In this document: positions 1 through 7,127 of the stretch, piece after piece
Layout of the letters: each line of letters opens with the position of its first letter
How positions within the stretch are numbered: the stretch's first letter is position 1
From: a virus
IMG/VR virus record: IMGVR_UViG_3300044274_000281
Reading direction: 5' to 3' (one strand)
DNA: 38,526 nt
Made by a program: the position numbers and the translations under genes
Notes under the pieces: generated by a model
What the model saw: only the letters and a program-made list of their open reading frames with translations
Databases searched by the model: none
What the model was told of the DNA's origin: nothing

Positions 1-45
1 TGCCTTACAAGCAGGGGGTCACTGGTTCGAATCCAGTATTACCCA
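1..45 (+). tRNA. 3' portion of tRNA-Val (anticodon TAC); the window starts inside the gene
   Basis: Anticodon loop CTTACAA (4-10), anticodon-stem 3' strand GCAGG, 5-nt variable loop, T arm ACTGG-TTCGAAT-CCAGT (21-37), acceptor 3' strand ATTACCC plus discriminator A (38-45). The 5' half would lie left of the window. Confidence 0.8.
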
Positions 46-47
46 CA
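1..47. repeat. attL core (direct repeat with 38480-38526)
   Basis: tgccttacaagcagggggtcactggttcgaatccagtattacccaca is identical at both ends. The true repeat length may be longer because the window truncates it. Confidence 0.9.
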
Positions 48-51
48 TACA

Positions 52-86
52 CGAAACCTCACTATTAGTGGGGTTTCGGCGTTTTT
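52..86 (+). terminator. Intrinsic terminator immediately after the tRNA-Val 3' end
   Basis: 12-bp stem CGAAACCTCACT / AGTGGGGTTTCG (one G-U), 3-nt loop, followed by GCGTTTTT. Confidence 0.7.
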
Positions 87-296
87 AGACATATTCGTTT
101 CACTTCCCTATTTTGAAAATACTATTCATTTTTATTAAATTTAACATCAAAATTGTACGATATACTTACGGAAAATTGAAGCGAGAATTATTTTTTCGCT
201 AAAATTTCAGGATTTCAAAAAATATATGAGTCTCTTCCAAAAATAGAAAATATCGACATTTTATGACTTACGAAAAACGTACGATAAGAAAAATCT

Positions 297-1520
297 ATGA
301 ATGCGAAGATTAAGCTGTATAAAAACGATGGTAAAAATAGAAACGGAGAGTTTCCAATAAAGTTGATCATTACCCATAAAGGTGTTCCAAAAAGAGAAAC
401 AATAGGACACTCACTGGAAGAAGACTGGGATTTAACAACTGAGCTTCCCAATATTAATCATCCTGATTATGATGAGTTGTATGAATCCATTTTGATAATG
501 CGTCAGAGATCAAGGAAGAATGCATTCAAAAAAATGACCGATAAAAAGTTAGCACTTGAATTTCTTAAAAACGAAGATCAGGACGTTTCTGAAACAGATT
601 TCTATAAGTTTATTGATGAACTAATTCAAAGGTTACGAAATAATAACAAAGACGGTTTGGCAGAATCTTATGATACAGCCAAACGACAATTGCAATATTT
701 TATACCTGAACTTGCAATAGAAAATATCAATAAGCCACTGATTGAGAAGTTCAAAGTATATAAAAAAAATGAAGGGATCGAAAATTCCTCATTAAGTGTG
801 TATTTAAGAAGCTTGAGAGCAATCTATAATAAAGCTATAGATTTTTATGGTATAACGGACAAACAACCATTTAAAGGTGCTTTCAAGAATATCCCAGTTA
901 GAAAAAGGAGAAAGAAAAACAGATGGTTAGATAAAGAGCAATTAATAAAGCTCGCAACAGGAGAACTTGAAAAAGAGAAAGAAATTATCTCCAGAGACCT
1001 CACTATGTTACAGTTCTATTTAGGCGGTGCTGACTTGATGGATGTTTATTATCTGAATAAAAATATGTTTTTTGACGACAGAGTTATGTTACAACGTAAG
1101 AAACTTGGAGAAAAAGGATATGAATTTGATGTAAAAGTATTCCCAGAAGCAAAAAAAATAATTGACAAATACTCAGATCCAAACCGATTGGATATTTTTC
1201 CATTTAAAAAAGAGCATAAAAGTTATACGTCATTTCGAAGAAATCATTTAAAACGGTTAAAGGTGATACAAGAAAAATTAGATATTCAACTGTTACCATT
1301 ACAGGATGGACTTACTACTAAAGTTATTCGGCATTCTTTTGCTACAATTGGTAAATTTCTGCATATCGACGAAGACATAATGCGTGAGATAATGGGACAT
1401 GAAAGAGATGATATCGATACTATTTACAAAGATAAATATCCAGAAGAAGAGCGTGATGAGGCACATTTAAAAATTATATCCTTAAAAAACGAAGATCATT
1501 CTTCTTCAAACATTTCATAA
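297..1520 (+). CDS. int: Tyrosine recombinase / phage integrase
   Basis: 407 aa. SAM-like N-domain signature (LSVYLRSLRAIYNKA). Catalytic-domain motifs VIRHSFAT (HxxR) and MGHERDDIDTIYKD (H...Y). Adjacent to attL. Confidence 0.9.
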   Translation: MNAKIKLYKNDGKNRNGEFPIKLIITHKGVPKRETIGHSLEEDWDLTTELPNINHPDYDELYESILIMRQRSRKNAFKKMTDKKLALEFLKNEDQDVSETDFYKFIDELIQRLRNNNKDGLAESYDTAKRQLQYFIPELAIENINKPLIEKFKVYKKNEGIENSSLSVYLRSLRAIYNKAIDFYGITDKQPFKGAFKNIPVRKRRKKNRWLDKEQLIKLATGELEKEKEIISRDLTMLQFYLGGADLMDVYYLNKNMFFDDRVMLQRKKLGEKGYEFDVKVFPEAKKIIDKYSDPNRLDIFPFKKEHKSYTSFRRNHLKRLKVIQEKLDIQLLPLQDGLTTKVIRHSFATIGKFLHIDEDIMREIMGHERDDIDTIYKDKYPEEERDEAHLKIISLKNEDHSSSNIS

Positions 1521-1936
1521 TATGAATTTTCCTCACAAGTCATATCAATGTTAAGTTCATTATCATCAATAATAACAAACTTCTCACTACTTTTTTTATA
1601 GTAAAAGCAGTAATTGTGCATGTAGTGAGGAATGAAATCTTTATCTTTCCAGCCTTTGCGAGAATTTCCCTTAGTACAAAATTGATCAATTATATTTTTC
1701 TCCTTTAAAACTAAAGTGTCATTAATAATCAAATGATCACCAAAAGGTTGTGTAGATATTCTTTTACCATGGACTGCATAAAAAATTGTATCGTTTTCAG
1801 TTTTATAAAGAATCAGATTGTGCCCGCTTTTATATCCATTCAATGAATATCCAAATACCAAATATGAGAACATGGTGATAATGATAGTAGCTATTGCTAT
1901 TAACAATATATTTTGAGGTTTAAAATAAGATTTCAT
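1496..1936 (-). CDS. Hypothetical membrane-anchored protein (N-terminal TM helix)
   Basis: 146 aa with hydrophobic segment ILLIAIATIIITMFSYLVFGY. Convergent with int and overlaps it by 25 nt. Confidence 0.65.
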   Translation of the reverse strand: MKSYFKPQNILLIAIATIIITMFSYLVFGYSLNGYKSGHNLILYKTENDTIFYAVHGKRISTQPFGDHLIINDTLVLKEKNIIDQFCTKGNSRKGWKDKDFIPHYMHNYCFYYKKSSEKFVIIDDNELNIDMTCEENSYYEMFEEE

Positions 1937-2154
1937 GCAATGAGCTTTTTAAGCTTAATAATTAAGATGTAAGCTCCTGTTATAACTAATAATACTAGAC
2001 AGAGTAGTATTAGAATTCCTAAAATAATAATAAATGATTCTGGAAACTCAACGTTGGCTCCAGGTCTAGTAACATGAGTTTTATCAACAGCATATATGTA
2101 TTCTATGAAGAAAAATAAAGTTAAGAAAAGTATGAGTTTCAAGCGCTTAATCAT
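1933..2154 (-). CDS. Small membrane protein (two hydrophobic segments)
   Basis: ATG at 2154 (MIKRLKLILFLTLFFF...), 10 nt after the upstream stop. The ORF-track start at 2220 would overlap the upstream gene by 56 nt. Confidence 0.6.
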   Translation of the reverse strand: MIKRLKLILFLTLFFFIEYIYAVDKTHVTRPGANVEFPESFIIILGILILLCLVLLVITGAYILIIKLKKLIA

Positions 2155-2164
2155 AATGAAAAGT

Positions 2165-2755
2165 TTACTCCCTAAATGTGTTGTATGAGATTGAAGTAGC
2201 CCATTTAGGTCTATTTGCAAGTAAATTCATAAAGATAGTGTCATCATCTATGTTATTTTGAAATCCAATCAAACTAGTATCTTTCAATTTTCTATCCGCA
2301 ATTTTTGTCAATGTTAAAGGAATATATAACCCAGTTCCAATATTTGTAACCATTCTTAAAATTCCTTTATCCAATAACCCTGCAACTGTAGGATCATCAA
2401 TGGGCATAATAACTGTCTTCTTTTCTTGAATTAAAAACTCTCGAATCACTGCTTGTTCATGTAAATCTAATGATTCCAAGTGTTCTATAATTAGATTATT
2501 TCTTTTCTTTTTATTAAAACGGTTTTCCAATTTATCTTTTAAATAGTAAACTATCGATAGTGCAATAAAAGAAATAGATGCAAGAAAAATTGGACCAAAA
2601 AATTTACCATAATCTTTTCTAAATTCGGTCATTCTAAGGCTTTCAATAAAACTATCTGTTGAAAAAATTAGAATCCCACTAATTATCCCCAAAAAAATGA
2701 AGATTTTCATTGGGATTTTGTCTAAATCTATTAAATCACTTAGTTTGAAACTCAT
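2165..2755 (-). CDS. Membrane protein, superinfection-exclusion (SieB-like) candidate
   Basis: ATG at 2755 (MSFKLSDLIDL...). Two N-terminal TM segments, then a soluble domain (LHEQAVIREFLIQEKKTVIMPIDDPTVAGLLDKGIL) reminiscent of the SieB family. The track start at 2800 is TTG and sits inside the predicted -7 box. Confidence 0.45.
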   Translation of the reverse strand: MSFKLSDLIDLDKIPMKIFIFLGIISGILIFSTDSFIESLRMTEFRKDYGKFFGPIFLASISFIALSIVYYLKDKLENRFNKKKRNNLIIEHLESLDLHEQAVIREFLIQEKKTVIMPIDDPTVAGLLDKGILRMVTNIGTGLYIPLTLTKIADRKLKDTSLIGFQNNIDDDTIFMNLLANRPKWATSISYNTFRE

Positions 2756-2797
2756 ATTTTTAATTATGTATACTAGTAATTTGTAGTAAAATATACC

Positions 2798-2805
2798 CAA
2801 ATATA
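2798..2805 (-). promoter_or_regulatory. Bacteroidota-type -7 box (TATATTTG = TAnnTTTG) for the SieB-like gene
   Basis: Plus strand caaatata. Exact match to the consensus, ~43 nt upstream of the ATG at 2755. Confidence 0.45.
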
Positions 2806-2840
2806 CTGTTTTTAAGTATAATAATTATTTTCCATCTTAT

Positions 2841-3728
2841 CTACAATTTGTTTGAAAGTTGTTTTAATTTCTTCTTATCGCTTTCTTCAGTATCTAATAT
2901 TGATTGATACTTTTCCAAATCAATATTTTTTTCAATATTTTCAGTTAGCAATTGATTTAATGTTCTTGGATTTAATGCATCAACCTCCCAAGATACTTGA
3001 CCGTATTTTTTTATATAATCCTTTGCTCTTGGATCAGTAATTTTTGCAGGATTTGGCGGTGGGTTATGCTCTCTTATTTGATTCATGGTTAATGCAATTG
3101 GCTCAACACTTAAAGCATTGTAAATCTCCTGTGCCTCTAGCATTTCATTTATGCGCTCATCAATATCACGTATCATGTCCATGCCGCTTGGATCATGGTC
3201 GCCTAAGTATAATATTTTACAATTTTTACCTTTAAAATATTGACTTCTGAACCTGTTATATGCATCATGTATAGCTGTAACTGAACCATAGCCTCTATTT
3301 ACTAATAGTTTTATGTGATACTTGCTAGTTATGCGTTTTAAAACTCCAGAAAGCGCGTCTTTTTCTACCCAAACCTCTATGTAAACATCTTGACCTTTTT
3401 GCCTATCTAGGCGGTACTGATTAATAGTGTCTTCAATTGCCTCTTGGGGGTCTTCGTTGTAATAAGGAATGTAAGGAACTCGCAACCTATCTTCTATCGC
3501 TTCCCAATTAACAACACCCGCCATTCTGCCCTCTTTTAAAAGCTTAGAGAGTTTAGCGTACTCAGATTGTTTATTTGGAATTACATCTCTTGAAACAAGC
3601 TGGTAGTACAACTGACGTAAAGTTAACTTGTATCCATCTGCTGCATATTCTTCAATAATAGAATTCACTAAATCGAGTTTTAACAAGTTTTTCTTGCTTA
3701 AATGAATTTCTCTAAACTTCGTTTTCAT
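2841..3728 (-). CDS. Topo VI subunit-A / Spo11-like protein ('Mini-A'-type: 5Y-CAP + Toprim, no B subunit)
   Basis: 295 aa. LTLRQLYYQLVSR (catalytic-Tyr context, cf. Spo11 RDIFY), VWVEKDALSG (Toprim Glu), YLGDHDPSGMDMI (Toprim DxDPxG). Confidence 0.6.
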   Translation of the reverse strand: MKTKFREIHLSKKNLLKLDLVNSIIEEYAADGYKLTLRQLYYQLVSRDVIPNKQSEYAKLSKLLKEGRMAGVVNWEAIEDRLRVPYIPYYNEDPQEAIEDTINQYRLDRQKGQDVYIEVWVEKDALSGVLKRITSKYHIKLLVNRGYGSVTAIHDAYNRFRSQYFKGKNCKILYLGDHDPSGMDMIRDIDERINEMLEAQEIYNALSVEPIALTMNQIREHNPPPNPAKITDPRAKDYIKKYGQVSWEVDALNPRTLNQLLTENIEKNIDLEKYQSILDTEESDKKKLKQLSNKL

Positions 3729-3749
3729 ATCGGTTTATTTACTGTTATT

Positions 3750-4544
3750 TTACATTACCCAATTGGCAATGCTTTTTGGTTTATAATTATTTTCAATTGC
3801 TTCTTTTACTTTTGCGATCGCAAATCCATCGCGAAACGTGTGACCAATTTTATTTTCAACTTCAACGTATCTGTCAAGTAATTCAGGATTGGCAATACCA
3901 GCTGTAACAAGTGCATCAAACGGACTGAATATGCAAAAGCAACATGATAGTCTAGGCATACCTAAATCATAGGCGAAGTGGTAAGGAATATCATTTGATT
4001 TTATACAGTCCCAGACTTCTTTAGTTGTCCAGTTCAAAATCGGATTGAACTCATACACTTTGCGCGTTTGGATAGTTAATCGTTGAATCAAAGAAATTCT
4101 TTTCTTTTTTGCTCGTTGTGGACTCTCTTCTTTACGAAATCCGAAAACACTCAATACTTCTTTTGCTTTGATTTTGTTGGATATTCTACGAATTACTTTG
4201 TCTCCTGGCGCGCGCTTGAAATCGCTAGTACAATATCGTTGATTTCTACTCGGCCACTTTTTTCTACGCTCCACATATTCAAGTAAATTCTCTTCGTAAC
4301 CGTTTTGGTCAACTCTTTTTTCGACTTCAACAAATAGACCGTATTTGGCGGCTTGTTTTACAACCAATTCTTTAGTGCCAGTCCATTCCATTTCTCCCAA
4401 ATCTTGATGGGATACAATGATTTTACTTTTAGGGAAATTTTGATTTTCCGCTTCCATGACAATCTCATGTAATGCACATACACTATCCTTTCCGCCAGAT
4501 GAATTGACAACTATTAAATCATATTTGCGTAAATCAATATTCAC
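3750..4544 (-). CDS. PAPS-reductase-family PP-loop ATP pyrophosphatase (DndC/SspD/CysH-like fold)
   Basis: 264 aa. VVNSSGGKDSVCALH (SGGKDS PP-loop), RYCTSDFKRAP, GFRKEESPQR, and C-terminal Cys cluster PRLSCCFCIFS. Confidence 0.8.
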   Translation of the reverse strand: MNIDLRKYDLIVVNSSGGKDSVCALHEIVMEAENQNFPKSKIIVSHQDLGEMEWTGTKELVVKQAAKYGLFVEVEKRVDQNGYEENLLEYVERRKKWPSRNQRYCTSDFKRAPGDKVIRRISNKIKAKEVLSVFGFRKEESPQRAKKKRISLIQRLTIQTRKVYEFNPILNWTTKEVWDCIKSNDIPYHFAYDLGMPRLSCCFCIFSPFDALVTAGIANPELLDRYVEVENKIGHTFRDGFAIAKVKEAIENNYKPKSIANWVM

Positions 4545-4549
4545 GATTT

Positions 4550-5197
4550 CTACTGTTTTTTGTTAATACTTATTTTTCGTTTGGCATTTTGGTTGCCAAT
4601 ATTTTTGTGACGTTTTCGGTAATCATAATTTTCATTCTCGAATATTTTGTAAATAGTTCCTTGAGATATTCCGAATGTATTTTTGATCTCTCTGATTGAA
4701 CTATCACTATCTTTATGCATCAATACAACTGCCTTAGATATCTTCTTAATTCTTTCAGTCATGCCTTTTGGGCGACCGCCTTTTATTCCTCTACTTCTTG
4801 ATGATTGTAATCCTGCCATGACACGTTCACGATTAATTTCCCTGTCCATTTGATTTAATGATGTAAATACATTGAAAATGAATCTTCCATGTGGTGATTT
4901 TGTGTCAAGAAACGGCTCTTGTATACTCTTGAATTCTATGTTGTTCGACTCAAAAAATTCCATCATTGAGAGCATGTGTTTAACGTTTCTTGCCAGTCGA
5001 CATGATTTCCAAACTATCACCGTATCTCCTTCACGTAATTTCATCAACAGAGTTTCTAAACCAATTCTGTCTTCCTTTGCTCCCGAAGCTATATCAGTCA
5101 TTATATTCTTTGGGTCAATTCCAAAGGCTTCCAATGCATCTGTTTGCATTTGTAAATTTTGAGCTGGAGTACTTACCCTTGCGTAACCGAATTTCAT
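4550..5197 (-). CDS. Small serine recombinase (resolvase/invertase, Hin/Gin-like)
   Basis: 215 aa. MKFGYARVSTPAQNLQMQ (catalytic Ser), GDTVIVWKSCRLARN, GRFIFNVFTSLNQMDRE, GGRPKG, C-terminal HTH. Confidence 0.9.
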   Translation of the reverse strand: MKFGYARVSTPAQNLQMQTDALEAFGIDPKNIMTDIASGAKEDRIGLETLLMKLREGDTVIVWKSCRLARNVKHMLSMMEFFESNNIEFKSIQEPFLDTKSPHGRFIFNVFTSLNQMDREINRERVMAGLQSSRSRGIKGGRPKGMTERIKKISKAVVLMHKDSDSSIREIKNTFGISQGTIYKIFENENYDYRKRHKNIGNQNAKRKISINKKQ

Positions 5198-5294
5198 TTT
5201 TGGAGTTTAGTGTAGTTTGTAATTATTTATCTTAATTTGTTTTGTAATAGCTTGATTATAAATAGTATGTGCCTAAATATTCAAATTCTGATTA

Positions 5295-6353
5295 TTATGA
5301 ATTCTCTTCCTTATTGAAATACAACAAGTAGTAGTACATCTGTTTTTCTTCATCCCAGCCTTTTTCCACAAACTTCTCTGCAGATTCGGGATTGATAAAA
5401 TTCATTTTGATTTGAATATTAGTATCAAGATTGATTGAATTCTTTATCCCTTTTCTTACCGCAGAAACCGCTTGGTTAGAAATTGGGAACTCTGTCACAT
5501 CTTCAATGCTATATTTCGGTCCTTTCTCAATTTTGTAGTGTTGGAATTCAGGAAGTAAATCAGGGTTTTCAATTACTTCATTCAAGAACTCAGTTTCAAG
5601 AAAATTGTCATTTTTTGCAAAGTGATTTACCGCACGATTCATAAACATCACTTCTTCTTTTTTGTCCTCGGCTGGAAACACCACATCTCTAGCAAAATTT
5701 TGACAGAACTTTAGGTATTTTTTAGTGTAGAAGTTTTCATCTTCAAAAGTGTCAACACCCAAAAAATGATCAAGCCAATACTTAGTGTCGTACTTATTGC
5801 TGTCTATAGATAGAATTTTGAAGCCTTCTTCTTTTCGGACGTTGAAGATGATACATCCTTTGTCAAGCTTATTCAACGAAATTCCTTGTTGTAAGAGGAC
5901 TTCAAGATTATTTCCATTCTCTTCTATTTGTAAGAAATCGTGTTTTATCTCCGATTTGAAGATTCCAATTGCATCTATTTTTTCATTGTCAATAATGACA
6001 TTTTCAAAGTATCCAATATACACTTCTCCGCTTTTAATATGTGGGTGTTGCGATTGTTCATAGAGTAGATTTGTGATTTTAGTTGAATTGATATGGATGC
6101 TTTCTGGCTGATTAAAAATATCAACCGCAATTGCATACAATGGATTGAATTCAACATCTACTTCACTCACAAATTGGAAATAGTTTTCTTCTTTCTCGCG
6201 AAAAGGCTTGAAAAAATATTCTTTTAGTAGTGGCTTCAATTCATCTGTTATCCAGTACGGTTCTTTGGATATTACCACTTTTTCATTTCTACTTTTGTTT
6301 CCAATTTTGTGGATGGAAACTGCGGAAAATTCCGCGCTGTACAAATTGATCAT
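5295..6353 (-). CDS. Nucleoid-associated protein, NdpA/YejK-like (Bacteroidota type)
   Basis: 352 aa. The N-terminus (AVSIHKIGNKSRNEKVVISKEP) resembles the vHkvGNK...l.lS signature of Bacteroidota 'nucleoid-associated protein' annotations. Confidence 0.5.
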   Translation of the reverse strand: MINLYSAEFSAVSIHKIGNKSRNEKVVISKEPYWITDELKPLLKEYFFKPFREKEENYFQFVSEVDVEFNPLYAIAVDIFNQPESIHINSTKITNLLYEQSQHPHIKSGEVYIGYFENVIIDNEKIDAIGIFKSEIKHDFLQIEENGNNLEVLLQQGISLNKLDKGCIIFNVRKEEGFKILSIDSNKYDTKYWLDHFLGVDTFEDENFYTKKYLKFCQNFARDVVFPAEDKKEEVMFMNRAVNHFAKNDNFLETEFLNEVIENPDLLPEFQHYKIEKGPKYSIEDVTEFPISNQAVSAVRKGIKNSINLDTNIQIKMNFINPESAEKFVEKGWDEEKQMYYYLLYFNKEENS

Positions 6354-6370
6354 TTTTAATATAATTAAGG

Positions 6371-6481
6371 TTAAAAAATTTTATTACAGATCTTACACTT
6401 TTGAAGAATATCAAATACATCTTCTGCTTCGCAAGGCTCTGTCGTGCATTCACATTTCGGTTTTTCAGGTTCTTCTTCCAT
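6371..6481 (-). CDS. 36-aa Cys-rich micro-protein (below ORF-track cutoff)
   Basis: MEEEPEKPKCECTTEPCEAEDVFDILQKCKICNKIF. Its ATG overlaps the upstream TGA by 1 nt (TGATG). Confidence 0.4.
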   Translation of the reverse strand: MEEEPEKPKCECTTEPCEAEDVFDILQKCKICNKIF

Positions 6482-6822
6482 CAAACTGTTTTTTCATCTA
6501 GGAAATGAATTTGTTTATTTATCAAGGTTTGATGTAATTCATTATCTAGTGGATCTTTATCATTAATTTCAATTAGAATCTTTTGTAGTGCCACAGCTTC
6601 ATGAAATTCTAATCCAATGGTATACTTCTTTTTCTGATTGAATAGATTACTATTTCTATATTCCTTTTTGTACTTGGCATCAAACGTTTCAGCCAGTTTG
6701 TAACCAATAGATCTATACACGCGCATGGTTCTATCAGTTGTAGGTTGAAGGTCATACAGTTTTTGAAGCGAATTTCTAATCGCTTTCAGAGAATCATTGT
6801 TGATTTTGAGTTTGATTTTCAT
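6481..6822 (-). CDS. Hypothetical protein
   Basis: 113-aa ORF with a 4-nt overlap to the upstream gene, in the operon orientation. Confidence 0.7.
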   Translation of the reverse strand: MKIKLKINNDSLKAIRNSLQKLYDLQPTTDRTMRVYRSIGYKLAETFDAKYKKEYRNSNLFNQKKKYTIGLEFHEAVALQKILIEINDKDPLDNELHQTLINKQIHFLDEKTV

Positions 6823-7127
6823 GCTTCTTCGGTTTCAATTATGGGTGGATTTTGGCTTCCATTATTTTGGCAGAAAAGAACTTTGTTGTAATCACCTGCA
6901 AAACATTCTGCATTATTTCCATTTATTTTTAGCAATCGATTTTTCATTTTGGTGATGATCACATCATCTTTTTTGTGGTCCTCCTGGAGTAGAGAATATC
7001 TTGTGACTGTATTTCTACCTCCGTATTTGTGCTTTGCATTGTTTTTCAAGCAAATGATGGCTACTATTTTGGAACAATGCTTGCAAAAGTATTTTTGTCC
7101 GTGGCTACAATTGTTGGTTCTGGGCAT
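6819..7127 (-). CDS. Hypothetical Cys/His-containing protein (possible zinc binding)
   Basis: 102 aa. CSHGQKYFCKHC near the N-terminus. Overlaps the upstream gene end by 23 nt. Confidence 0.6.
   Translation of the reverse strand: MPRTNNCSHGQKYFCKHCSKIVAIICLKNNAKHKYGGRNTVTRYSLLQEDHKKDDVIITKMKNRLLKINGNNAECFAGDYNKVLFCQNNGSQNPPIIETEEA

Noticed and set aside
215-451. 78-aa minus-strand ORF overlapping the integrase start
   Set aside because: It overlaps the strongly supported int CDS and the attL arm. It has no independent signal.
5198-5294. Invertible promoter next to the serine recombinase
   Set aside because: By eye I found no inverted repeat pair flanking this gap or the neighbouring genes. 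This needs a computational check and is not claimed.
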